This document shows, in pieces, positions 38,831 through 52,200 of a stretch of 64,000 nucleotides of DNA. Positions within the stretch are counted from its first letter, which is position 1; each line of letters starts with the position of its first letter. The stretch covers positions 133,463,545 to 133,527,544 of the forward strand of contig NC_068982.1 of the NCBI RefSeq assembly GCF_001194135.2. The letters are read 5' to 3'. The stretch is from Octopus bimaculoides (lineage: Eukaryota). A program made the position numbers and the translations under genes. The notes beneath the pieces were generated by a model. It was not told the DNA's origin, made no database searches, and saw nothing but the letters and a program-made list of their open reading frames with translations.

Positions 38831-39330
38831 AGCAATGTTAAATCTCTGAACGAGGTATATATATAGAAATATATACATATACACAATGGGCTCCTTTCAG
38901 TTTCCATATACTAAATCCACTCATAAAGCATTGATTGGCTCAGAGCTACGGTAAAAGATATATGCCCAAGGCACCATGTAGTGAGACTGAACCTGAAACC
39001 ATGTGCTTGAGAAGCAAACTTCTAAACCACATAGCTATCCACATACATAAGCATTTTCTACAAATCATTTATGTAAATCTTGCTTATATTATTAATGTTA
39101 TTTTAAACTTGATACTTATCTCTGCATACATTTCTATCTAACTCAAACATGCTACATCACCAACTTTTTGGAAGAACACCTCTTTAAGCTATTTTGTATT
39201 ATAGTGTCATGAAGCTGACAAAGGCATTCACTTTTGGAGAGATAAAGAAAATAAAAGAGAACTATTATAATCAATTTATTGTTATTATTTATGTACATCT
39301 GTATTTTCTTCAGAAGTAACGAATTCAAGA

Positions 39331-39368
<38 letters not shown>

Positions 39369-39646
39369 GAGCATATATATATATATTACAGATGGAAGAA
39401 ATAGAATTTAACACATGAAGCTGAATATTTGTATGTATGTGTGTGTGTCTATTATTTATTAGTTGTGGGGCGCCGTAAGTGACTTTAAATCTTTGAGTAA
39501 CTTGTGTAGCATCACAGCTAATGAATAATATATTGTGTGTGTGTGTGTGCACTAATTATTTGTATATCATATATATATATATATACACACACACACACCA
39601 CTTGTCAGTGATGATGTGTACAAATGTGTGGGGGTGGGGGTGTATA

Positions 39647-39694
<48 letters not shown>

Positions 39695-41431
39695 TTTGTA
39701 CACATCATCACTGACAAGTAATCAGTATGATATACAAATAATTAGTGCACACACACACACACACACACAAATATTCAGCTTCATGTGTTAAATTCTACTT
39801 CTTTCATTTGTTATACCAAATGTCTATGAGTGTATACACACACACATATGTATACCTGTATTAATTTGCATAAGTGATGATAATTTACCAATACTAATTT
39901 ATGAGCTGCAAACAACAGATGGTGTCCTTTGTTTTGTTGTATTTTTGTAATTTCTAAAGGTATGACATTTGTGCTGAGTTGGCAGAACTGTGAAACCATG
40001 GACTAATTACCATGCTGTTGTTACAATTCCCTACTTAATTCTGAATTCAAATCCTGCTGGAAACAACATTGCTTTTTGACCATCTATAAAATAAGAACTA
40101 ATAACAATGTACTAAGCATGACTGAATCAACTATATCCCTCTCTTTTAAATACTAATTTTGTGCATAGACAAAATAAATCATTGGGATTTCTTCCATTAG
40201 CATTTTTGTTTTATGTCAATTTTTCTGTGCTGGCATAAGTTAAAACAGTACTGGTTTCAGGCCATGTTTTTAAGGACGGGTGTTCTTCCTGTTGTCCACC
40301 TTTACTTTTTTATACAAATTGTTCATTGTTTAACATCCGCTTTCCATGCTAGCATGGGTTGGAAGATTTGACTGAGGACTGCTGCACTAGGCTCCAATCT
40401 GATTTGGCAGAGTTTCTACAGCTGGATGCCCTTCCTAACACCAACCACTCCGAGAGTGTAGTGGATGCTTTTATGTGCCACCGGTACGAAGGCCAGTCAG
40501 GTGGTACTGGCAACGACCACGCTCAAAATGGTGCTTTTTACGTGCCACCTGCACAGGAGCCAGTCCAGCGGCACTTGCAACAACCTCGCTCGAATGTTTT
40601 CTAACGTGCCACCGGCACAAGTGCCAGTAAGGCTTCGCTGGTAACGATCACACTCAAATAAAGTTTTTATTCCACTACTTTGAGCATGGACATGTGTGCA
40701 TGAATGCATATATGTGTGTGTGTGAGTGTGCATGAGTGAGCATGCATGTGTATGTATGTGTGCAAACATGTATGCATGTATGATTAGATTTCAGTTAGCT
40801 TTTTCTCCCTTTTTCCACTGTTACCACCTCAACTAGCACTTGTCCCAATTTCTTTCATTTCTCCCTCTTTCTACCTATCTATCATGCCTGCCATTTGCTG
40901 TCATCTCCATGATCACAATAACAACAGACAACTAATGTTTCCAGTGTTCACTAACAAAAATTGTGGAATTTCCCTGAGTATTTTTAGAATTTCTGAATTT
41001 AAGTACTTGTAGTTTTCCTTACACATCAATTTTATTCACCACTGTGCAATTAAAATCACTGTCACCCTCTCATAAATTATTAATATACTCAGGATGAATG
41101 ATTAAGTCTATCAACGTAGCATGGAAAGAGGATGTAACAGAATATGTGTATGAGTACTACAGACAGAGTTTAGTTGTTTATCAAATTAGCAATATGTACT
41201 AATTACATAATTAGTAATGCATAATTAGTACTTTACTATTGGTATTTCAAGATTTTTTTTTGTCATAGCAGGACAAATAATAAGCATGTATGAGTGTGTA
41301 CATATGTGGGTATGAGTGTGTGTGTATGCGTTTGTGTGTGTGTACACAATGAAAATATATGTGCATGCATATATATGCACACACACACACACATTTGGAT
41401 ATTTAGGTGTGTGTGTGAGTGTGTGTGTGTG

Positions 41432-41507
<76 letters not shown>

Positions 41508-44500
41508 AATTATATATGTATGTCTACTTAAGTGCTTTCCTGAACAGAAGCGCATCATTCAAGCACTGATGGAGCTTTGTGAATAAGAGTAACACTTGCT
41601 CGTGGTTGCAATGTATTCGTACCTGACCTCCTGACATGGTTGTAAGCTAACAAATGTAATTATGTCACACAATACTCGAGCGAGATCGTTGCCAGTGCCC
41701 CTGGACTGGCTTGTGCGGGTGGCACATAAAAGACACCATTTCGAGCGTGGCCGTTTTCGTGCGGGTGACACGTAAAAGCACCCACTACACTCTCTGAGTG
41801 GTTGGCGTTAGGAAGGGCATCCAGCTGTAGAAACTCTGCCAAATCAGACTGGAGCCTGGTGTTGCCATCCGGTTTCACCAGTCCTCAGTCAAATCGTCCA
41901 ACCCATGCTAGCATGGAAAGCGGACGTTAAACGATGATGATGATGATGATGAATACGGTTATTTTATCTGTAAGTCAAAACATACCTCGTTTGATGCCAG
42001 TGTATGAATTTAGTCGATTATCAACCAAGAACACCAATCCACACAAGTTATTTGAATATAATGACATAGCAGTCTGCAAACGCTGCGGTTCAGGAATTAT
42101 CACACCACTGAAAGTAAAATCCAGACAATAAATAACTGATTGCAACACAACTTCATTTTATATTTGCAGCAAACCTGCAACACTAATTCAGTAACAAACT
42201 GTTGCTTGACTCTTTATCATTTACATTACTCTGTCAAATGTAATGCTTATTTATTCACATTGTTTTGAATTATTCATGCATTATCATGTAGCTTTTTGAT
42301 GACATGATAATCTATTTTTAAAATGACTCTGTAAGATAGTGAGAGAAGCCAGACCTGGTCAGTTTTAACATTAAACAGGGAGAATATTTTAGCCAGACAC
42401 AGCTGGTATAAATGTAAAGGGTTAACATTGTCTCTTAGTGAAACTAAAAACCAAGGTGTCTAACCCTTTTTCATACCGCCCAACCTGAGACTGCCATTGG
42501 TTCAATGATATGAACTTTTTTGATTTAAAATAATCCAAGTTAAATCCTTCTCTCAAAATTTTATGAAGATTTAAGTTCTAAAAATTAGTTTAAAATGAGA
42601 AAGTTATTTTGCTAAATTTTTCTACATTAATCGAAACAAAGGCAGTACATTTCAACAGAAAAATGGTAACAAAAAAGTTAAACTGCTGAAAGCACAAGTA
42701 TTAAGCAATCATTTATTTTACATCTAGAATTAAGTATTAAATCAGTTTTCAATTATAGGTAATTTATTTTGTAAATATTGGTTTTATTACAGTTACTTAT
42801 AAGAATGTTGGACATTGAATGAAGAAGATAGACTAGATTTGGTGATGGTGGCTGGAATGAGATGTACATGGAACAGATTCTGAGAAGTGATGTGCAATTG
42901 AGAAGGGGAGCACTACTGAACTGAAATAAAAGGCATATTCTGCAAGTGTGAGTAGTGCTGACTTATAAGAGTGAGACATAGATAATGAATATGAAGCAGC
43001 AGAGAAGGCTGGTAAGAACTGAAATAAGAATGGTTTGGTGGATGGGTGGAGTATCACTGAAAGAGAGGAAGGCAAATAATGAAAAACAGATAATGATGGA
43101 AATAGAGCCAGTAACAGATGATGTGAAAAAAAAAAGGGATGAAATGGTTAAGTCATGTGCTGAGGAAGGATAAATGTGAATGGGTGAGAAAAGAGATGAA
43201 ACAAATATGGAAGGAAGTAGAGGATGGAAAAGACTTAGAAAGACACGAGTAAAGACAATGGAAGAGGAAATGAGAACAAGGTCTTGGTGAGGGATCTAGA
43301 GGATGGAGAGCACCATCAGAAGACATCCAAAGCTCCCACGTTTTATCAAGGAAAAATAATTTTTAAATGTTTGTTGTTGTATCTGGTGTCAGAGCTGGCT
43401 GTGTTGATAAGCTGCTACAGATCAACCAGACAAAAGATCCCATCCAAGCCATATGTCTTTGAGCAAAGTACTTTTAATTTTTCCTCAGTTCATTCCATCT
43501 GGCTGAAAATGATTTCTATTTTTGGCACAAGGCCAGAAATTCTGAAGGTGAGCGAGTTAGTCAATACCAATGACCCCAGTACTTGACTGGTACTTTATTG
43601 TAGTGACCCCAGAGGGATGAAAGGCAAAGTTGACTTCAGCAGGTTTTGAACTCAGAACATACAAGCATTTCAGGACAATTACCCGCCTAAGACAATTCCT
43701 CCCGATGATAACTACCCCCTAGGACAATTACCCCCCTTAATTAATTACCCACTCTCCAGTATATTAAGAAGTTTTAATTCATCATCTAAAAGTGCAAATT
43801 ATATGCAATTCCTCGCAAACATCGTATCACATGTTTTCACAATTGCTAACTACAGCATTAATATGGGGTGAAACATCTAAATATTTCTTTCTTGATGGCT
43901 GTTTAGCAAAACCCGTCAAGGATTGAGTCATAAGTATTTGTTGTAATGCTTTCTCTCTTATGATATATTTTAAAAACTTCCAAATGATTGGGTGGCAACA
44001 ACCAGCATTTAATTAAAAAAAAAAAAACTCCTGTGCCACCCTTCCACAGCATTGTTTGTTCTTGGAAGTTCATCCAACGTTCTGTTGCACATATTCCAAA
44101 GATCCATTCCAAACACTGGTTCTCGCTGTCTTCCTCTTCGACATGGGTGTCCTAAGTATGTATCCTCCAAGTCATCTTGCAAGGGATATGTTTCTGGTGG
44201 GAATATTTCACATAGGGTTTCAAAAGTTTTTTCAACATCGAAATAGGAACAAAAGCTAAAGCTGCTATCATTCTCATAAAGATTGAAAACTTTTTATCGT
44301 TTTGGTATTGCTGTTGAAATCCATGAAATTGAATGTTCTTACAGATGCTTTGGCTAAAGTGAAAAAAACAACCATTTATCTCAGCTTGTGGAAATGCCAA
44401 ATGTAAACTATTAATCATGGCTTTTTCAAAATCTACCATGATAGTTTTGGGTGCTAAATCTTGTTTCAATGATTTTAGCGACTCCAGAAAATTTGTATAA

Positions 44501-47500
44501 GTAGTTTTGGCTTTTATCAGGTAACAGAGCGTAAATTAAGGGCACTGGTAAAAAAAATAGCGGCTTATACACTGGAAAATATGGTACACATCGAGGGTTA
44601 ACTGCTTAGGGGTAATTGTCCNNNNNNNNNNNNNNNNNNNNNNNNNNNNNNNNNNNNNNNNNNNNNNNNNNNNNNNNNNNNNNNNNNNNNNNNNNNNNNN
44701 NNNNNNNNNNNNNNNNNNNNNNNNNNNNNNNNNNNNNNNNNNNNNNNNNNNNNNNNNNNNNNNNNNNNNNNNNNNNNNNNNNNNNNNNNNNNNNNNNNNN
44801 NNNNNNNNNNNAAATGTCCCAGACTCAGAAGAAATACTACAAATCTTTTTTCTGATGCCAGCCCACCATTCTATGGATGATCCATAAGCCTTCTATTATC
44901 TTGCAAAGCTGAGTTCAAATATCTACAAAGAGATTAATTGAAAGAGGTTTCAGTCCCACCATGCCAATTTGCTCTATAAAATTTCACATCGTTTCCTTTA
45001 TAGTCTAAGCATCAACTCACCAATTCTGTTTACTGACCAGAGAAACATGTTAACCAATACAGATCAAGAAAGTCAAATCAGTATTTGAATTTACTCTACA
45101 CACACACACACACACATTCATGCCTGTATGTATGTAAATACAAATCAAAACCAATAACCCAAATCAACTGTTTACCAGAGGTTTACATCACCCTGATCCA
45201 ACAAACAACTAAATGTCAGTCAAATACTACACTGATACATTTACTCAGTCTTTTAGCCTTTAGTTTATTGAATGAATGAATGAAATAAGAAAGGAAGGAA
45301 TAAAGGAATATGCTCAGCCTCATGGGTGACGCTTGGGGGCCTCAGGCACAACTACCACTCCTTGTCACATATTGTGGTCTCAAACACTCTGCCAGGGCCC
45401 ACCCCATTCAGTTCTTTATATCACCACTCCATTTTCTTCTCTGTCATTTGAAAGCCTGTTTTCCATCCACCAGCTATTGAGGATGTAGACACAAAAATTC
45501 TGGACCTTCATAATGAGACCAAAATATTGCAATTTTTACCATCTGACCATCATCACTAACTTTTCTTCTGCACCCAATTCCTCCAGAGTTAAAGCATTCA
45601 TTTGACAGGTCACCCAACTGATTTGCAGTGTTCAACAGTAACACATCATAGTTTATTAGGGAGCTTAAATGTAATATTTATACAGAATATGTTGGTTCGG
45701 TTGACTCACATAGTCACCAACATCACTATCATCAATTTTAAATATAACATAATTCACAGGAGACCAGCGTATGCAACACCATTTAGTGCTACATACATTA
45801 CCAAGTGAAGTTATTAATACTCAAATGAGTTTTTTTTAATTATTGTCTCAGAAATTCCATATTTTTTCACAAATGAGATTTTAAACAGTTTGAGTGAAAA
45901 CAAAGTACCCCTAAACTGAACAGATGTATATGTGATCATATCATAGAAGCAGCATATAAAGAAAATTAAACTATAGAACTATAGAAATATTACAAAAGCT
46001 TGTTTAAAACAGGTACACAGCTTGTAAACCACATGCATTACCAAATCAGCTAATATTTCTACATAGTAAGGTGGCAAGCTGGCAGAAATGTTAGCACACC
46101 ATCTGACTTTACGTTATGAGTTCAAATTCTGCCAAAGTCAACTTTGCTTTTGGGGTTGATAAATTAAGTACCAGGTGTGTGCTGGGTCGATCTAACTGAC
46201 TGCCCCCCCTTCCCCAAAAATTTCGGGCCTTGTGCCTAGAGTAGTAAAGAATATTTCTACAAAGTTAGATATGTTTTTGCAGGATATTGGAGACAAGTGG
46301 CATTGCTTGTATGACAGTGATGCTCTCGACTATCACATGATGACCACACACACGTGCACACACAAACATGTACACACACACACATACACAAAACAGTTTC
46401 TGTTTTCAAAATCTACTCACAAGGCTTCTGTCAGCCTGAAGCTATAGAAGAAATTTACCTTGCCCAAAGAGCCATGCGGTGGGACTGAACCTAGAACCAT
46501 ATGGTGGGAAGCAAACTTCTTAACCAGAGCCATGCCTGCATCTCATGTTCTCCATATGATGCATGAGTATGTATTAACAAAATTTAAACCTTTTAGTAAT
46601 TATAATATGTCATTGAAAATTCTCTTGATATTTACAAGTCTGCATGCTCTAAACCAAAAGAAAAAAAAAAAAAAAAGAGTCCGAAACATTTCTGAGCACA
46701 AAGACCATTAAAATTAAAGTGATCATTAGATGGGACTGTAATCATTGTTGAAAAGTCTCAATTAGACATTTGGACTCATCCACCAAACCATTCTTATTTC
46801 TGTTCTCTTCACAATTATAATAGCCTCTATTCCTTGAAGATGGATGGGTGCAGGACAGTTTTCTTCAGATATTCCTATGCTACTTGCTTCTCTTCCTCAC
46901 ATCACTTTCTCATGTTCATCTTCATTTCTCCTCCAGGCCCTGTACTAATCACTATCTCCAGTTCTTTATTCCCAGAACATTAACCCTCTAGAATTCTCTC
47001 CCTGCTCATCATGTCTTTCCCACAGGTATTGACTTTCAAAGGTTCAAGACAAACATTTATGAAACAAATTTCACCAGGCTAGGAGGGCCAGCAAAAGCCC
47101 TTTTTTCTAGACTGAACAATTAAAACAAAACAAAAAAGAATACCATTCACAGTCATCTACATTTTGTTCAGTCTTGATAATCCCAACAAACTAAAGGCAG
47201 TATCCTTTCCTAGTTACACAAACATGTCATTCGATACAATATTGCAAAACCAGCAAACAGTAATAAAATATTTTATTTTAAGAAAAAAAATTTTGTCTAT
47301 GGAACACAAGAAATAGGACAGTGGTTTCATAAGGAAATAAAATAATAGTTGCTTATAAGAAGGCTCAATGTAGCTTCCATACAAAGGGTATTTTTTAGTA
47401 GAAGTCAAATGGGTACTGTTTTCAGTTGGCATTCAAAAATGATTGATGAAGTAAACATAGTTAAGATAATATGATACATATGACATATACTTTGACATTT

Positions 47501-47598
47501 GTTGTAGGAAATCCTGAAGGTCAGTAACACAAAATGCGCCAGAATGTGCAATGTTAGCATACAAGGAAGAAAAACAAAACAAAAAAACAATTCTGTGA

Positions 47599-47638
<40 letters not shown>

Positions 47639-47731
47639 TTGTGGTGTACATATATGTTATATATATGAATAAATAAACATAAATAAGATATATGTACATA
47701 TGTCTGCACAGATACACATGCACACATGCAT

Positions 47732-47770
<39 letters not shown>

Positions 47771-49224
47771 CACACACATACATACACATGTAGACAATAC
47801 AGGTTTTACATGTATGTATGTATATGTATATACACATCATCATTTTTACATCCACTTCTCCATGCTTCCACAGGCCAGACAAAATATGTTGAGGCAGATT
47901 TTCTATGGTTTGACGCCCTTTCTGTCATTAACCTTCACCTGTTTCCAAGTAAGGTGATATTGCCCCATGGCCTGATGGAAAGTTGAAAACAAAGGACACT
48001 GCTTGCATGATGGTGATGCCTGTTTACAACTATCACGCGATGTCAAGGCAAGAAGACAGTAAACACACAAGCACACACCTGTACAGACATATGTATGTTT
48101 GTGCATACATGCAACATATATATGGCCATGTCGTGAGTTTGGAAGGGAACAAGTACATAACAAAGACCCAATCACTAAATGTGAATGGAGCATGTGAAGA
48201 GGAAGATCAAGGAAGATGTGGGACGAAGTAATAAAGAACGACTTCCAGATGTTGAGTCTCATGGAGGAGATGACAAAAGACTGAGATCAATGGCATTTGT
48301 GGAGGCTCCAAAAGCATACTATTTATACCAATGCCCCTGCACCTAATCTGTCCCTGATGTGTTTCTTTCTCACAACTTATTTTCCTAACACCCATCCCTC
48401 TATCACTCTTCTGACTATGGCACTAACCATTCAGCTGCTGTAATTATTTGAGAGCAGAGCTGCACATATTTCATCCTCCACCTTTTTTGTCCCCTTACTC
48501 ACCCTCTCTGGAACCACCTTATTTTTGTCTACCGAACACCTCTTTAATCTCCACTTTTCTTGTACACCCTCTCATCCTACCAATGACATCCTCCATTACC
48601 TATGTTCACTTGCCAATAATTCCACCCCTATGTACCTCTGACCTCATCCTTGGCACTGTGGATCTCTCACATATCACTAACACTTCACATCGCCTGTGGT
48701 ACCTCCTAATGCCTCTACCATCTCTCCCCTGTTATTCACAAGTCACCACACCACTTGCATTCATCATTCACTGCATTCCCCTCCATCTCTGCCCATCTGC
48801 CACTTTCTTTTCACACTATCACAAACTTACCCATTCACCCTGTCGACTTTGCTTATATTCAAATTCCTGTTACTCCTCTTCACCACCATCTTCTCCCTCT
48901 TTACAAGTGAGGTAGCCATGTATCTCCTCCACTGCAAGACACCAGTTCCTGCCCCACTAGCATACTTTAACTTCTGATCACCAGGCATAATGTTGCCTTC
49001 TTCAATACTATATCCATCTCAGTAAAGGGGGCTTGTCTTATGAGTTACTTGGTGACTTCACCAGTGTTGATACCAGGTAAAAAGCACCCAGTACACTCCG
49101 TGAAGTGGTTAGTGTTAGGAAGGATGTCAAAGCAGACATTGAAGCTTGATACAATCTTGTGGCATATCAGCTCCTGTCAAACCATTCAATCCATGCCAGC
49201 ATGGAAAGTGGATGTAAAAGGATA

Positions 49225-49262
<38 letters not shown>

Positions 49263-52200
49263 ATGATATGACTGGCTTCTATCAGTTTCCATCGACCAAA
49301 TCTACTCAAAAGGTTTTGGTCAGCCTGGGGTTATAGCAGAAAGCACTCGTCTAAGAGTCACACAGTGGGACTGAACCCAGAACTATGTGGTTGAGAAGCA
49401 AACTTCTTACAACACAGCCATGCCTGCACCTATACATACATATATATATATGTATATATAAATCTTTAGTTAAATATATTCAATGAGAATATTATATACT
49501 GAATTTATATTGAGTGCTCTATTGTATCAAAGTATTAATACTATTAAAATATTTATGTATTTAATACGAGCGATTATACATAGTGTGTGTGTGTGTGCGC
49601 GTGCATGCCCCACCTCACTGTTTTGACATTTCATGGTGGTTGTAAATGAGTATCTCCATCATACAACTGAACTGACCCATTCATTTTCAAACTTCTGTGA
49701 GAAAATTCTGGCCATAGGAAGATATTATCTTCCTTGGAAAGAACGGAGGGTTGGTGACAGGAAGAGCATCTTGTCTGCCCCCAACAAGTTCCATCTGACC
49801 TATGCAAACATAGAAAAGTCAAAATTAACATGATGGTGGTGATAATAGATGCGCACACTTACACACATGATGCACATCATTATCATCATTTTAACATCTA
49901 TTTTTCCATGCTTGCATGTGTTGGATGGAACTTGATGAGGCAGATTTTATGCAGCCAGATAGTTTCCTTACCACCAATCCTCATCTGTTTCTAAGGTGAA
50001 AAGGTGAAGGTTGGAGGCAGGTTGGGCTTCTTTCAATTTCCACCTACTACATCCACTCATGAGCCTTTGAGGCCACAGTAGAAGATACGGATCTATTTTA
50101 AAACGGGGGCCACATTTTTCATTAATGTTTTACGTAGTGTTTTTGGTACGGAAAGACTTTCAAACTTCGTATACTTATCTATTTTGTGTTATAGAACAGA
50201 AAAATATTTTTGTATTCGAATTTATTTCATGTAAAAAATTGTCTTATTTCGATAATTTCAACCAATCACTGACAAGTATTCAGTTGTTTATATTTACTCC
50301 TTTGGCTGATTAAGCGATGTAAAGCGTATTTAATCTCCATACCTTCGTTTTATTTGCTTTAACCTTAACCCTAACCCTACGGTTAGGGTTAGGGTTAATT
50401 GTTTCAGAATCGTTTGTTTATGTAGTCGGCACTTAATGTATATCGGCTGAATGGACGTCAGTGATTGGTTGAAATTACAGAAATACGACAACTTTAACAT
50501 GGAATAACTTATGGATTTCTTTTTTTTAAAAGAAGACTAAGAGAAAAAGATGTTTTATATGACACATTCTACCAGTGTTCCAAGTTTCAAAGTGTTTTGT
50601 TAATGAAAAATGTGGCCCCCATTTTAAAAAAGATCCGAAGATACTTGCCCAAGGTAACAGGAATTGAGACAGAAATCAAAAGGGAACCAAACAGTCATTA
50701 AAAGGGTGTGTGAGTGTATTTATGTTTGTTTAAAGCATTGAGAAATTTGAAAATACATGAAAATGAAGCTCATAATATATCAAGTAAAAGTACCCCTTAG
50801 ATAGGAAAAGAGGACAGAATCACCAATAATTGAACCATATGTCTATTTAATACCAGATCACCACAACACCATTATGCCAAGAGAGAAGCTAGGTTTCCTT
50901 GGTGTAATGGTATACTGTCTGTGGTATAATAAGAGGCCAGCACTACTAGAGAGAGAGAGAGAGAGAAAATCTACCCCAAGTAACTCTAACAGAGGGACCA
51001 GCTATTCAAATTGAAGCAGTCTGGTAAATAAAGTGATTAAGGATACAAAGGCTGGAAATGCAGCTGGATCATCGGAGATGGTTGCTGAGATGCTTAAAAC
51101 ATCTGCAGAAATAAAGTATGCCTTTCATCCTTTCGGGGTCGATTAAATAAGTACCAGTTACGCACTGGGGTCGATATAATCGACTTAATTCATTTGTCTG
51201 TCCTTGTTTGTCCCCTCTATGTGTAGCCCCTTGTGGGCAGTAAATAAGTAAGAAATAAAGTATGAGCTAGTCACTCAACTAGTCAATCAGGTAATACAAG
51301 GTATCATGCCCAATGGCTAGAATAGCAGCATCGTTGTAGACTGTTACAAAAGTAAAGGAGATGCACCAGATAGAAGAAAGGGATATCAAACTGTTGAACC
51401 AAAGAGCAAATTTGATTATTAACAGGATTAACCTGGATGAGATGCTGTTTTGACTTTATGCCAACAATGGCATCAAATGCTAAATAAGCCTCTACATCTA
51501 GCATTAGTAAGGGTGTGAGTGTTGGTGATAGAAAGGGCATCCAGTTAGAGGAAATCAAATTCCATCTGACCCATATAGGCATGGAAAAAATAGATGTTAA
51601 AATGATGATGATGAATATATATACATATATGAGTTAAGCCTACCACTAGTTTCATGAGAGAAATCACTTAACAACAATTATCAAGCCTACAACATGGAAC
51701 ATCAGGAGTTGTTTCTATTTTGGATTAAAACTAAGGAGGAGATGAACTCCAATGTTCCATGTGGTAGGCTTGACAATTGTTAAAGTATTTCTTTCTGAAC
51801 ATGAAAGCAAGGGTAGCCTTAACCCATAAATAAAGAATTGTTATCCCCCAATGCTGTGTTGAGCACTCATTCTCATTGTTCAATATTAACGTGTGCGTGT
51901 GTGTGTGTGTATATATATATAGAGAGAGCCTATTCCTATTTACCTCAGATTACTTATATAAGCCTTCTTTCACCCCCACCTACATCATGAGGAAAACAGT
52001 TATCATTTAATGTTCACTTTTCCATGCTTGCATGGATTAAGTGGAATTTGTTGAGGTAGATTTTCTATGACTCGGTACCCTTCCTGTTGCCAACACTAAC
52101 TTGTTTCCAAGCAAGGTAATATTTTCTCATAGTTGGACATGATTTTCATGGGACTGGAAATGAACATTACCTATATGATGGTGATGCTTGTTTATAGCCA

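Noticed and set aside
39600-39720. Apparent C/D snoRNA (GTGATGA ... CTGA with terminal stem)
   Set aside because: The boxes arise automatically from the perfect inverted repeat (tcag/ctga), and the interior is microsatellite with no guide.
41225-41569. [12 protein letters not shown]-rich ORFs (also 32782-33447, 39325-39721, 47433-47986, 55411-55713, 60550-61281)
   Set aside because: Translations of (TA)n/(CA)n microsatellites and gaps.
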